Source: a virus
Lineage: Duplodnaviria > Caudoviricetes
Virus record (IMG/VR): IMGVR_UViG_3300037067_001811
Coordinates: 28,306 to 92,305 of that record
Length of the DNA: 64,000 nucleotides
Reading direction: 5' to 3' (one strand)
Below the pieces are notes generated by a model that was given only the letters and a program-made list of their open reading frames with translations, was not told the DNA's origin and ran no database searches. Made by a program: the position numbers and the translations under genes. Positions 8,003-17,334 of this stretch are shown piece by piece (position 1 is the first letter of the stretch; every line of letters begins with the position of its first letter).

Positions 8003-10624
8003 ATGGCGGACGTAAGCAATAGGGATAGGAACCCACAGCTTGTCGAGATGACAAAGCTACCGTGGCCAGCCCCTCCTTTGAACTTGTTCATGTTAGACGG
8101 GACTAGAGGGGTCATTGACCTTCGTTGGGATGACCCCTCTTACCTAACCCTGAATAGTCGGTTCAAGATCCTTGGGGTCAACGTCTATCGAAGCTTCGAT
8201 TCAGAGTTTGGCCCCTACCATCGGATCACAGAACTACCTGTAGGGTCCACCTTCTGGAGAGATCAGACCGATAATGAGTTGATCCCAGAGGAGGATGTTA
8301 CTAACCAGTTCATCATGTCTGGTACCGCCGGCACTGGGATGGATGGTCCTAGGTATGTCTTCAAGACTCTGCACTTCCCAATTGTAGGGGAGGAGTCCAG
8401 AGGGATTCCAACAAAGATTCCAACTGATGTCCTTGTCTTTGTTGATGGGGTTCAAGCTCGGGTCATGGCTGTTAATGGTCAGACCGGGGAGGTTGAGCTA
8501 GATGCTAATATCTACACAGATACAGTGCGTCAACAGAGGATTCTACCTGTATTACCTACCAATGGTAGTCGGGTAACTTGTGCTTACAGGTATTGCAGAG
8601 ACTTCCTAAAGACGGATCTCTCTCAGAGGATCTTCTACCGGGTGACTACAGTAGGGATCCCTGCCAGTCATACTTGGGAGGAAGTAAACCCCAACAACCT
8701 AGTTGAGACTCCTCTTGAGGCGGCCGCGGCAACCAACACCTTTGAGATTGAAAAGCTCGATTACATTTGGAGAGAGGCCATCCGAAGGAATCGATGGATC
8801 TTAGAACAAGGTGGGGAGCGAGTCAGGGTGTACCTGAGGAAGGTAGTAGGACTTCCTTGTATGTGCGTAGACCAAACTCACAAACAACCAATCTCTGATT
8901 GTCTCTACTGTTTTGCACCTGGAAATCTAATCAGAACCTCAAGCGGTTACTTACCTATTGAGCAAATTAGAGTAGGCGACCGAGTTTTAACCTCTGACGG
9001 ATCTTACCAGTTAGTACTGGAGACTATGAGAAGTCCATTTGAGGGCAACCTTATCTCTATCTTTCCCTCAGTTAGTTCTAACCCTATTTTAGTTACTCCA
9101 GACCACCCATTTCTTAGTTTAGTTGGTAAGCATGAGGTCCCTGTTGATTGTGGCCCTCACTGTGATAGTGGTTTGGATACTGGGGATACTAACTTAAAAT
9201 CAACGGGTAGCCTACGTCAACTACCTAGTGGTCGGTGGTGGGCGAGGATTCAAATGGGAGGTAGGCGAGGGTTTGGTCGTAAGTCTTTGGGTACCTTTCC
9301 TACAGAAGCTGAAGCCTCATTTGCAATATCTAATTACAGGAGTGAGCACTCAACTTTTCGTCATAACTTAGAGTGGGTTGATGCTAGTACAATCACTTCT
9401 AAGTCTTGGTTGACTTCTAAGTGGCCAAGTGAGGTTGTTGATGTTGAGGGTATCTCTATCCCTGACAGGCATTTGAAGACTTCAGTGTATGGGCCTAGTC
9501 GAATAGGTCCAACTAAGTTTCGAGTGGATTCTGAGTTTTTGTGGGTGATTGGTCTTTATCTGGCAGAGGGTAGTTGCGCTAAAAGATCTTTATCCTTCTC
9601 ATTGCACTCAAAAGAGGTTGAGTTTCAAGATAGGTTAAGATCATACTTTGAGCCCAAGGGCTTTACCGTTAGCTTATCTCCAGGTCCGGGTCTCGGAGTT
9701 TCAGTGCTGGTCCACAGTGCTAACCTAGCTTCTTGGTTTCCTACTTGGTTGGGTAGGGGTTGTTCTAATAAGCATATACCTGAAGAACTTATGTACTTAC
9801 CTGTAGATAAGATCTGGTCACTTTTACAGGGTATTCATGACGGTGACGGATCTAAGTCTGCTAGAGAAATAACTCAGACATCTGAGCTGTTAGCTATCCA
9901 GATAATGGAGTTACTTCACAGAGTAGGTGAGCAGCCTTTATTGAGGAGGCAGCGGTCTAATAAGTTGACTCCTAAGGGAAATAAGAGAAAGTTAGCTTAT
10001 TGTACTAGTTGGGGGGAGGATACTCTAACCCATACTAATCGAAAAGGTAGGTGGAAAGTTAAGGGTGAGATCTTATCCAGAGTTAGGAGTGTTACTTCAG
10101 TCCCTTACTCTGGTTGGGTATACAACCTTAGAGTAGCGGAGAATCCCACTTATGTAGTAAATGGGATTGTGGTTCATAATTGCTTTGGGACTGGGATCTT
10201 AGGGGGTTATGAGGGACCTTATGGGATCATCATTGGACCTGATGACTCTGAGGTGAAGTTGTCTCAACGAGACACTGGTAGGACGACAGAGCATAGCTAT
10301 GAGGTATGGACAGGGCCCCAACCACTCTTGAGTCACAAAGACTTCGTGATGAAGATCAATGGGGACCGGTACAGTATTGGTCCGGTAAGAATGCCGACCA
10401 ATCGAGGAGTGTTACTTCAGCAGCACTTCACTATTGGGTCTTTTGATGACAAGGACATTCGGTACAAAGTTCCGGTTACCGAGCCTATCAAGTTTGTTGC
10501 TTCTCAGTTCGTCGCAAGTGGTCCAGAGGGTGAGGCTGATTGGGGTATCACTGAGAGGTCCAACATTCCAGATGAGCGTCAGCTTCGAGGTCGGTCTAAG
10601 GCGTGGTCTAACTCTTCCTACTGA
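8003..10624 (+). CDS. putative neck/head-closure protein (FnIII-like N-terminus, CxC...CxxCxGxG zinc finger) interrupted by an intein
   Basis: PPLNL...LRWD...GVNVYRS; spliced product restores PCMC...DCLY|CFGTGILGGY, a motif of large-myovirus neck proteins. Confidence 0.75.
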   Translation: MADVSNRDRNPQLVEMTKLPWPAPPLNLFMLDGTRGVIDLRWDDPSYLTLNSRFKILGVNVYRSFDSEFGPYHRITELPVGSTFWRDQTDNELIPEEDVTNQFIMSGTAGTGMDGPRYVFKTLHFPIVGEESRGIPTKIPTDVLVFVDGVQARVMAVNGQTGEVELDANIYTDTVRQQRILPVLPTNGSRVTCAYRYCRDFLKTDLSQRIFYRVTTVGIPASHTWEEVNPNNLVETPLEAAAATNTFEIEKLDYIWREAIRRNRWILEQGGERVRVYLRKVVGLPCMCVDQTHKQPISDCLYCFAPGNLIRTSSGYLPIEQIRVGDRVLTSDGSYQLVLETMRSPFEGNLISIFPSVSSNPILVTPDHPFLSLVGKHEVPVDCGPHCDSGLDTGDTNLKSTGSLRQLPSGRWWARIQMGGRRGFGRKSLGTFPTEAEASFAISNYRSEHSTFRHNLEWVDASTITSKSWLTSKWPSEVVDVEGISIPDRHLKTSVYGPSRIGPTKFRVDSEFLWVIGLYLAEGSCAKRSLSFSLHSKEVEFQDRLRSYFEPKGFTVSLSPGPGLGVSVLVHSANLASWFPTWLGRGCSNKHIPEELMYLPVDKIWSLLQGIHDGDGSKSAREITQTSELLAIQIMELLHRVGEQPLLRRQRSNKLTPKGNKRKLAYCTSWGEDTLTHTNRKGRWKVKGEILSRVRSVTSVPYSGWVYNLRVAENPTYVVNGIVVHNCFGTGILGGYEGPYGIIIGPDDSEVKLSQRDTGRTTEHSYEVWTGPQPLLSHKDFVMKINGDRYSIGPVRMPTNRGVLLQQHFTIGSFDDKDIRYKVPVTEPIKFVASQFVASGPEGEADWGITERSNIPDERQLRGRSKAWSNSSY
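8909..10180 (+). mobile_element. intein (424 aa) with LAGLIDADG endonuclease and an AP2-like insert
   Basis: Begins CFAPGNLIRT, block B VTPDHPF, IGLYLAEG and LQGIHDGDG motifs, ends VYNL.V....YVVNGIVVHN followed by Cys; more AT-rich than flanks. Confidence 0.93.
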
Positions 10625-10632
10625 GGTTCACT

Positions 10633-11139
10633 ATGGATCGTCTTGGAACCATATATGGTAAGCCTCTCATCAAAGGACTCGAGGCGAGTCCAGACTTAGC
10701 TCTTAAGCGAGTCAAATTCAGTGTCCTCAGTAGGCTCCGAACTAAGTTAGTACAGTCAGCTTTCTCTGATAGGGCTAAGAAAGCACTAGCAAAGTCACTT
10801 CGAGTGGAGATCGGTGAATCATCTCTCACGATATTCTCTAGTCACCCAGCTTTCATTCATTTGATGCGTGGGCAGAAGAAGGGGCAGATGACCTGGCTCG
10901 CTAGGGCTAAGGCTCCTATCCCGATCATCACTGAGAGTGGTGAGTTGATCTTTCGTACTGCTTCTATCAAATCAATGAAGGACGGGAAGTGGGTCCATCC
11001 CGGCAGGGAGCCTCAAGACTTTGTAGAGAAGGCGAAGAAGGAAGCTAAGACTCAAATCCGAAAAGCTATCGTGAATGAAGTACGATTGATGGCTGCTAGT
11101 GTAGCTAAAGAAGCTAAGCGCTCAGCAAAGAGAGTATGA
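10633..11139 (+). CDS. putative tail completion/neck protein (HK97 gp10-like)
   Basis: Basic protein ending FRT...WVHPG...FVEKA; follows head-closure gene. Confidence 0.55.
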   Translation: MDRLGTIYGKPLIKGLEASPDLALKRVKFSVLSRLRTKLVQSAFSDRAKKALAKSLRVEIGESSLTIFSSHPAFIHLMRGQKKGQMTWLARAKAPIPIITESGELIFRTASIKSMKDGKWVHPGREPQDFVEKAKKEAKTQIRKAIVNEVRLMAASVAKEAKRSAKRV

Positions 11140-11825
11140 AAATGAATCCAGGAGATGTACAAGTAAGTGGGGTTTCTGGTTGCGTTGTAGTGGAGGATAT
11201 TGGGTATACTGTCCCAAATGGGGTGATTACCACGATCCCAGGGAATATCGCTTGTGTATCAAAGAACCTCTGGGAGTATATAGGTCAAGGTAAGATCTTC
11301 AAGCACAGTCAGCTGCCTGCCAAGCCTCCAGCAGTAGAACCAGACCCTGTATTTGAAGTTCAATCGGTAGAGCCGGTTCGAGTGGAGTCAGCTTCGGATG
11401 GCTTGGCAGATCTACAGAGGACCAACGCTCACTTACAAACTGAGTTGAGCAGGGTGCATACTGAGGCGAGTAGAGCTCGGTTGGAGCTTGAGGCTGAGGT
11501 AGGTCGACTTCAAGCTGAGAGTGCTAAGTTGAAGGCGGAGGCTGCAGCGAAGAAATCCTCTGAGGGGGATGCTCTGTCCCTCATCTTAGATAAACTAGAC
11601 AAGCTTCCGACTCAAACTCTTCAGATCTCAAATCAAGGTTCAACTCCAACCCCTGTTTCAGTAGATGAAGTGCCTGTGTTTGAGGTGCCTGTGTTCGTCC
11701 CGTCTAGGGTTAATTCGAAGCAATCTGATCCAGGGAGGATTACCTTGAAGCAAACCACGATAGACGGGGCTTCAGTGACTGATGCGGTTAAGGCCCTAAG
11801 GGAAGTCCGGAAGAAGAATCGTTAA
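11136..11825 (+). CDS. hypothetical protein with central coiled coil
   Basis: ATGA overlap with upstream gene; heptad-rich centre. Confidence 0.7.
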   Translation: MKMNPGDVQVSGVSGCVVVEDIGYTVPNGVITTIPGNIACVSKNLWEYIGQGKIFKHSQLPAKPPAVEPDPVFEVQSVEPVRVESASDGLADLQRTNAHLQTELSRVHTEASRARLELEAEVGRLQAESAKLKAEAAAKKSSEGDALSLILDKLDKLPTQTLQISNQGSTPTPVSVDEVPVFEVPVFVPSRVNSKQSDPGRITLKQTTIDGASVTDAVKALREVRKKNR

Positions 11826-11868
11826 AGTTCTTTCGATCTTACCAGTTACGGAGAGGTAGAAGTTCCAC

Positions 11869-13332
11869 ATGATCGACCCCAAGCAAGCCCTACTAGCCCG
11901 CGTCACTTCCCTCGTAGAGAGGACCTCAGCTACAATCCTCTGGAAGTACACGGACGAGGATGGGAAGGACTTCTACCTGTCCGAGAAAAAGGTAGGGACT
12001 ATCAAGTCACCCTACACTGGGAAGTCTTTCTCGGCGAAACCTGAGAGGTCGTCTCTTACTGACGTGAGTAAGGAACTGAAGGAGGATGAGGCCAAGGTGA
12101 AGGGATCCCTCTGGAAGTACACAGACGGGGACAACAAGACCTTCTACCTCCCGGAGCGGGTCACAGGAACCCTCAAGTCACCCTACACAGGGCAATCATT
12201 CACCCCCAAGGCTGACAAGATGAACTTTGGGGAGATTAACAAGGCAGAGAAGACCGCCTCTGCTGCTCCAGTTCTTTGGAAGTACGTTGGTGATGGTGGT
12301 GAGACCTTCTACCTCCCAGAGAAGAAGATGGGGATGGTTCGTAGCCCCTTGTTCGGGGATATCATCCCTGCAAAGCCAACCCGAGCACCCTTGTCAAGTA
12401 TTGCCAAGGATCTCAGGATGAGTGGGAACCCTTCTACAGTGATTTGGGAGTATACTGATAAGGACGGGAAGAAGTTCTACTTGGATGCTCGCAGAAGGGG
12501 GACTCTCAAGTCACCTTATACGGGTCAGTCTTTCCAGGCAGAGGCTGTTCGGCTTCCACTTGGAGAGGTAGGTCAGCCTGTAAGTGACCCAACAGCTGTT
12601 GACCCAGCAGCTGCTGAGCTTGAGGAGCTTCAAGACCTACTTCAGTCTCGAGGGTATAACCCAGCGGATGCTGCTATCTTCCAATCGGAGGGCATGGGGC
12701 CAACGGAGCTTGAAGAGCGACTCGATGATGAAGGTAGTCTTGAGCGATCACACGGTATTGTAAAGTTAGCAGGTCAGATCCAGGAACCTCCAGTTGAGAA
12801 GGAAGAAAAGGAGGAGGGTCAGGACAAAACAGCTGCTCTGAAGGACTCTGACAAGAAGGTAGTTGATGCCTTCTATGAGAAGAAGCCTGCTGAGGGTAAA
12901 GTGCTTACCACTGACGGTAAGACTCTAGAGAAGAATGGCATGGGGGGTCATAACTTTGCCAAGTGGGAAGGTGACAAGATCGTGATCGATCCCACTCGAC
13001 CCCAAGTAAAGAATGACGAAGAGATCCTTCGCTATATGAAGAAGTCCATCCCCTCAGGTAGTCTAGCTCCTCACTCCTTCTTTGGTAAGTCAGCTAAGGT
13101 TGCTGAGGAGTTCATCACTAGGGGTCCGAACCATCCGGCTATTCTTGCACTGAAGAAGGCCTTTGATGAGGTAGTTGCATCTCTTAGTGAGGCACGAGTG
13201 GGTACGGATGGGCTCAAGAACGCCTCTACTCAAGGCCCTGAGATCCTTATGGCTAAGGTGCAGCCTCAGGTGCAGAAGCTTGCTGAGGTATCGGCTCTTG
13301 TCGCTAAGCAGATGGAAGAGCGATTGACATGA
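11869..13332 (+). CDS. multi-module protein with four WxYTDxDGKxFYL...KSPYTG repeats (possible internal head protein)
   Basis: Four repeats visible in translation; further small domains separated by K-x-A motifs. Confidence 0.75.
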   Translation: MIDPKQALLARVTSLVERTSATILWKYTDEDGKDFYLSEKKVGTIKSPYTGKSFSAKPERSSLTDVSKELKEDEAKVKGSLWKYTDGDNKTFYLPERVTGTLKSPYTGQSFTPKADKMNFGEINKAEKTASAAPVLWKYVGDGGETFYLPEKKMGMVRSPLFGDIIPAKPTRAPLSSIAKDLRMSGNPSTVIWEYTDKDGKKFYLDARRRGTLKSPYTGQSFQAEAVRLPLGEVGQPVSDPTAVDPAAAELEELQDLLQSRGYNPADAAIFQSEGMGPTELEERLDDEGSLERSHGIVKLAGQIQEPPVEKEEKEEGQDKTAALKDSDKKVVDAFYEKKPAEGKVLTTDGKTLEKNGMGGHNFAKWEGDKIVIDPTRPQVKNDEEILRYMKKSIPSGSLAPHSFFGKSAKVAEEFITRGPNHPAILALKKAFDEVVASLSEARVGTDGLKNASTQGPEILMAKVQPQVQKLAEVSALVAKQMEERLT

Positions 13333-14021
13333 GCTCACCTTTTGACTTGGACCCGGAACACCCCGGGGTTAGTTCCTCCGCTACTCCTCCAGATGACGCA
13401 ACTTTTGTCATCTGGCAGGATCCTTCATCATACAACCCACTTTTTCACGGGCCTCCTTACTTGCCCGGAATGAAGGTTCGCATGGACAAGGCAGCTTCAC
13501 TCAAGACCGCAGGAACAATAGCTTCGAAGTTAGCACATGGGTCTGGAACGGGTTTACCCACAGCTCTTGTATTCCTTCGAGCTCTGACGATGATCCATCA
13601 GGGTCATCATTGGTTGACTTTTGGTGAATCCTACTACGCCGATCACCTCCTCTTTGAGCGTCTCTACGATGAGACCTTAGAGGAGGTTGATGCAGTAGCG
13701 GAGAAGGCTATTGGGGTTGGTTGTCCTAAGGACAAGATTCACCCTGGGTTGCAGGCCACCTTTATTACCAAGGTAGTCCAACTCTTCTGCGGTGACGGTC
13801 AGAACGAGAGTATGGCAGGCGACCCCAAGAGTTACCTCGAAGCAAGCTTGAAAGCTGAGGAGCTCCTACTCTCTAGTCTAGCCGCTATCGCCGCTGAGAT
13901 GAAGGAGAATGGGGAGTTGACACGAGGAGTGGACAATCTCCTTGCAGGGATTGAAGACAAGCATGAGGGGCATGTGTACCTCCTCAAGCAGAGACTAACG
14001 CCAGACCCTTGGAAGGTCTGA
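13329..14021 (+). CDS. dps: Dps/ferritin-like protein with N-terminal extension
   Basis: HQGHHW...DHLLFERLY...EVDAVAEK ferroxidase signature; C-terminal KHEGHVYLL. Confidence 0.85.
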   Translation: MSSPFDLDPEHPGVSSSATPPDDATFVIWQDPSSYNPLFHGPPYLPGMKVRMDKAASLKTAGTIASKLAHGSGTGLPTALVFLRALTMIHQGHHWLTFGESYYADHLLFERLYDETLEEVDAVAEKAIGVGCPKDKIHPGLQATFITKVVQLFCGDGQNESMAGDPKSYLEASLKAEELLLSSLAAIAAEMKENGELTRGVDNLLAGIEDKHEGHVYLLKQRLTPDPWKV

Positions 14022-14059
14022 GTCACAGATCAGAACAAACCAGATGAAAAGGTAGACAT

Positions 14060-15094
14060 ATGTCAAACGAATCAGAAAACTTGGGTGTAGGCCTCGATGT
14101 TGGTACCATGAACTTTGTCTGTGCAAGACAAAACGGGAATGATACTAAGTTCCATTCAGTACGAGATGCCTTCTTAGACTTGGAGCTTGAGTCAAAGAAG
14201 ACCCTGAAGATGAGTCAAGTTGACTATCAAGAGATTGGTGGGCAACTCTACGTCTTTGGGGATAAAGCACTACAGATGGCCAACCTCTTCAAGAGAGATA
14301 TTCGCCGTCCCTTATCTCGTGGGTTAGTGTCCCCTGGGGAACTGAAGTCTCATGAGATACTAGAGAGCCTCATCAGCAAGGTTCTGGATCTTACAGACCG
14401 ACCAGTACCCAATGGCACTGAGCACTGCTTCTATAGTGTCCCAGCAGAGCCTATCGATCTACCAGGTCATGACGTGGTCTTCCACACTGAAACCTTCCGT
14501 AAGATCCTTGAGACTCAAGGGTACATTGCTCATCCGATGAATGAAGCGATGGCTATCATCTATTCGGAGTGTGCTTCCTCTGGGTTCTCGGGGTTGGCCC
14601 TGTCCTTTGGTGCTGGTTTGTGTAACATCGCTCTATCCTTCCAGGCTATGATGGGAATGAGCTTCTCTCTTGCTCAAGGCGGGGGGGACTGGGTTGATAC
14701 TCACTCAGCTAAGGCTGTTGGGTCGACTGCCTCTCGTATGTGCGCCATCAAGGAGAGGGGTGACTTCAGTCTGAATGATCCACCTGAAGGCAACCAAGAG
14801 GCTGAGGCTATTGCCCTCTATGTGAGGTCTCTGATTCGGAACTGCTTGACCGAAATCGCCAAGAAGGTTCGTAAGGATCAGAGTGGGGCTGACGTTCTAG
14901 ATCCCATTCCAATGGTTGTCTCTGGGGGCACAACTCTAGCCAAGGGCTTCATGGAGGTCTTTCAGGATGAGTTCAACAAGGTGAGGGAGAAGGGGTTCCC
15001 GATTAAGATCTCAGAGATCCGACGGGTAGCAAACCCCTTGGAGGCTGTAGCCAAGGGTCTCTTGGTTCTTGCTCAGCAAGAACACACGGACTAA
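14060..15094 (+). CDS. actin-fold ATPase (MreB/ParM/MamK-like)
   Basis: Phosphate-1 GLDVGTMN, connect-1 NEAMA, phosphate-2 SFGAGLCN, adenosine VVSGGTT, connect-2 NPLEAVAKG; 344 aa. Confidence 0.85.
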   Translation: MSNESENLGVGLDVGTMNFVCARQNGNDTKFHSVRDAFLDLELESKKTLKMSQVDYQEIGGQLYVFGDKALQMANLFKRDIRRPLSRGLVSPGELKSHEILESLISKVLDLTDRPVPNGTEHCFYSVPAEPIDLPGHDVVFHTETFRKILETQGYIAHPMNEAMAIIYSECASSGFSGLALSFGAGLCNIALSFQAMMGMSFSLAQGGGDWVDTHSAKAVGSTASRMCAIKERGDFSLNDPPEGNQEAEAIALYVRSLIRNCLTEIAKKVRKDQSGADVLDPIPMVVSGGTTLAKGFMEVFQDEFNKVREKGFPIKISEIRRVANPLEAVAKGLLVLAQQEHTD

Positions 15095-15098
15095 TAGT

Positions 15099-15734
15099 AT
15101 GAAGCCTTGTAAAAAGTGTGATACTACTGCAAGGGACGCTAGTGGTCACTGTCGTGAGTGTGAGAGGCTTCGATCTATTAATAGGCGTGCTAGTCAAAGT
15201 AAGGAACAGAGGGATAGGGGTAGGCAATGCTGTCTAGTCCGAAGAAAGCGTCAATCTGGGGGTACCCTACTTCATCCTTGTACTAAGTGTGGTAACTCTA
15301 AGCGGAATGCCTCAGGTGGGTGTGATTACTGTGCTAAGGAATACCAGAAAAAGTGGTACCAGAGGAACAAGGCAGTCTCAGTTGAGTGTAAGAAGAAGTG
15401 GCTTGCTGATAACCCTGAGAAGTCACAAGAGTTTGATTTGAGGGTTCGAGTGAGAAGGTACGGTCTTACTGTTGAAGATTTCCATAGGTTGTTCACTAAT
15501 CAGGGCGGTTTATGCGCTATCTGTGGTAGAGGCCTTGGTCGTACAGACATCGATCATGACCATAACCTTGGGTTTGTTAGAGGGCTCTTATGTCACTCAT
15601 GTAATATTGGATTAGGGGCTTTTCAGGATAACCCTGCAATCCTATCTAAGGCTATTCAGTACTTATTAGCTCCAAGGTCTGATTCACAGATAGAGTTACC
15701 TGTCGATAAGGGCGTCGTATGTACTACTACTTGA
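15099..15734 (+). CDS. endonuclease VII-family (His-Me finger) homing endonuclease
   Basis: RYGLT....QGGLCAIC....IDHDH..G.VRGLLC..CN.GLG; two N-terminal Cys4 repeats; ATG 15099 preferred; overlaps downstream gene. Confidence 0.9.
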   Translation: MKPCKKCDTTARDASGHCRECERLRSINRRASQSKEQRDRGRQCCLVRRKRQSGGTLLHPCTKCGNSKRNASGGCDYCAKEYQKKWYQRNKAVSVECKKKWLADNPEKSQEFDLRVRVRRYGLTVEDFHRLFTNQGGLCAICGRGLGRTDIDHDHNLGFVRGLLCHSCNIGLGAFQDNPAILSKAIQYLLAPRSDSQIELPVDKGVVCTTT

Positions 15735-16885
15735 TGTCCTCATTGAAGAGAAGGCTCATTCTCGAGCTCCAGGATAGCTTCTCTAGGCATCCTGTTTATG
15801 AGAAGGTAGTGCCATTCATCCAAGCAAAGTATGCCTTTGATGAACGTCCTCAGTTCGGCATAGTGATAAAAGGTGCCTCTGCTAACAACCTGAAGCTCTC
15901 GGCTCAAAACCTGTTAGGTACGGTTGAGAGTCATGTGATGTTGTCCTATTTGGACACGCCTTCTTATCTTTTGGAGTGGGTAAAGGAAGATTTCAATACT
16001 GTCAGGGAAAGTGGTGGAAGGATGCCTATCCCTGCTGGGGTCTATTATATTGAGTGCCTTGATGCTCCGACCAACCCTAATGAGGTCGGGCACTTCATCA
16101 TAGACCCTCTCCTGACGGTGACGGATGAGCCTCTACTTCAGGTTGTGTCTGGGGTTGAGACTCGGGCTAAGCTACAGAATCCTCCTGTACCTGGGACACT
16201 TCGTATCTGGATTAACCGAAAGCTACCCTTCTATGAGGGGACTGACTACACCATAGATTACGCCTCTGGTGAGGTATCCCTCATCACCAATATGCTTCCA
16301 GGTCAGATCCTAACCGCTGACTATCGCTACCCGATTGACTCAATTGGGCCTATTGAGTGGAAGTGGAACACGGCGGATTGGACTACGCTTCCCGGAGCCA
16401 TCTTGGCCTTTGGGAAGCGTGGTAGGAAGGGGGATAAGGTTGTAGTAGTGATCTACGAAGACCGAGTAGACACTGCAACAGCTTATGGAGGGAAGTTTGA
16501 AGCTTCCTTTGACTTTGACGTCATAGCTCAAGATCCCATGCAGATGGAGGAGATGGCGGACTATACTCTCATGTCTCTGTGGCATGAGAAGAGACCTAAC
16601 CTTTCTTTTGAGGGGTTAGAGATCACGGATGTCTCAATTGGCGGTGAAGCAGAGGAAGCCTATGATGAGGTAGGAGATACCTACTACTATACGGCTTCAA
16701 TGAGTGTTCAGATTCAGTCTGATTGGGAGGTCCATCTACCGCTTCCCTACACACTTAGTGGTGCTTCCGCCGCTACTAAGCCGGATGGTACGTCTACAGT
16801 ACAGCCGATACCTCAGACGGAGCTCTTCTTCTCAACTGTGCCTATCATTGTTGGGAGGAATGCAAACTACGAACGAATTACATGA
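15719..16885 (+). CDS. putative tail terminator/completion protein
   Basis: Position upstream of sheath; EGTDYTIDY..G.V beta domain typical of large-myovirus structural proteins. Confidence 0.6.
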   Translation: MYYYLMSSLKRRLILELQDSFSRHPVYEKVVPFIQAKYAFDERPQFGIVIKGASANNLKLSAQNLLGTVESHVMLSYLDTPSYLLEWVKEDFNTVRESGGRMPIPAGVYYIECLDAPTNPNEVGHFIIDPLLTVTDEPLLQVVSGVETRAKLQNPPVPGTLRIWINRKLPFYEGTDYTIDYASGEVSLITNMLPGQILTADYRYPIDSIGPIEWKWNTADWTTLPGAILAFGKRGRKGDKVVVVIYEDRVDTATAYGGKFEASFDFDVIAQDPMQMEEMADYTLMSLWHEKRPNLSFEGLEITDVSIGGEAEEAYDEVGDTYYYTASMSVQIQSDWEVHLPLPYTLSGASAATKPDGTSTVQPIPQTELFFSTVPIIVGRNANYERIT

Positions 16886-16896
16886 AATGAGACCAA

Positions 16897-17331
16897 ATGC
16901 CCAAATATGAATTTGAGTGCCAGTGCTGCCACGCCAGATTTGATCGAGTCCTGAAGATCGGTAACCACCCGACCCATGAGTGCCCCTCCTGTGGAGATGA
17001 GGCCCCCAGATTGTTTGATGGGAATGGGTTTGGATTTGGTTTTGCAGCGGGTGGATCAGCTCCTGCTAACTCTGGTGTCCACGAACAAGATTACCCTACG
17101 GCTGATAAGGTTATTGGCCGAAGTGCGGAGGAACGTTGGGGCACCTATAAGAAGCGAGACAAGGTTAAGAACGAAGTACGTCGAGTCGGTGGGGATCAAG
17201 CTCTATCCAGAGTGGATGGGGAGGGTTACGTGGACTACATGGCCATGAATCCTGCCGAGAGGGAAGCCCGAGGGAAGCTTGTTGATTACGCGGTGACTAT
17301 GGAGAAGCAACCTGAAGTAAAAGCAGGGTAA
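16897..17331 (+). CDS. FmdB-family zinc-ribbon protein
   Basis: MPKYEFECQCC...F.......CPSCG...RL. Confidence 0.85.
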   Translation: MPKYEFECQCCHARFDRVLKIGNHPTHECPSCGDEAPRLFDGNGFGFGFAAGGSAPANSGVHEQDYPTADKVIGRSAEERWGTYKKRDKVKNEVRRVGGDQALSRVDGEGYVDYMAMNPAEREARGKLVDYAVTMEKQPEVKAG

Positions 17332-17334
17332 TCT

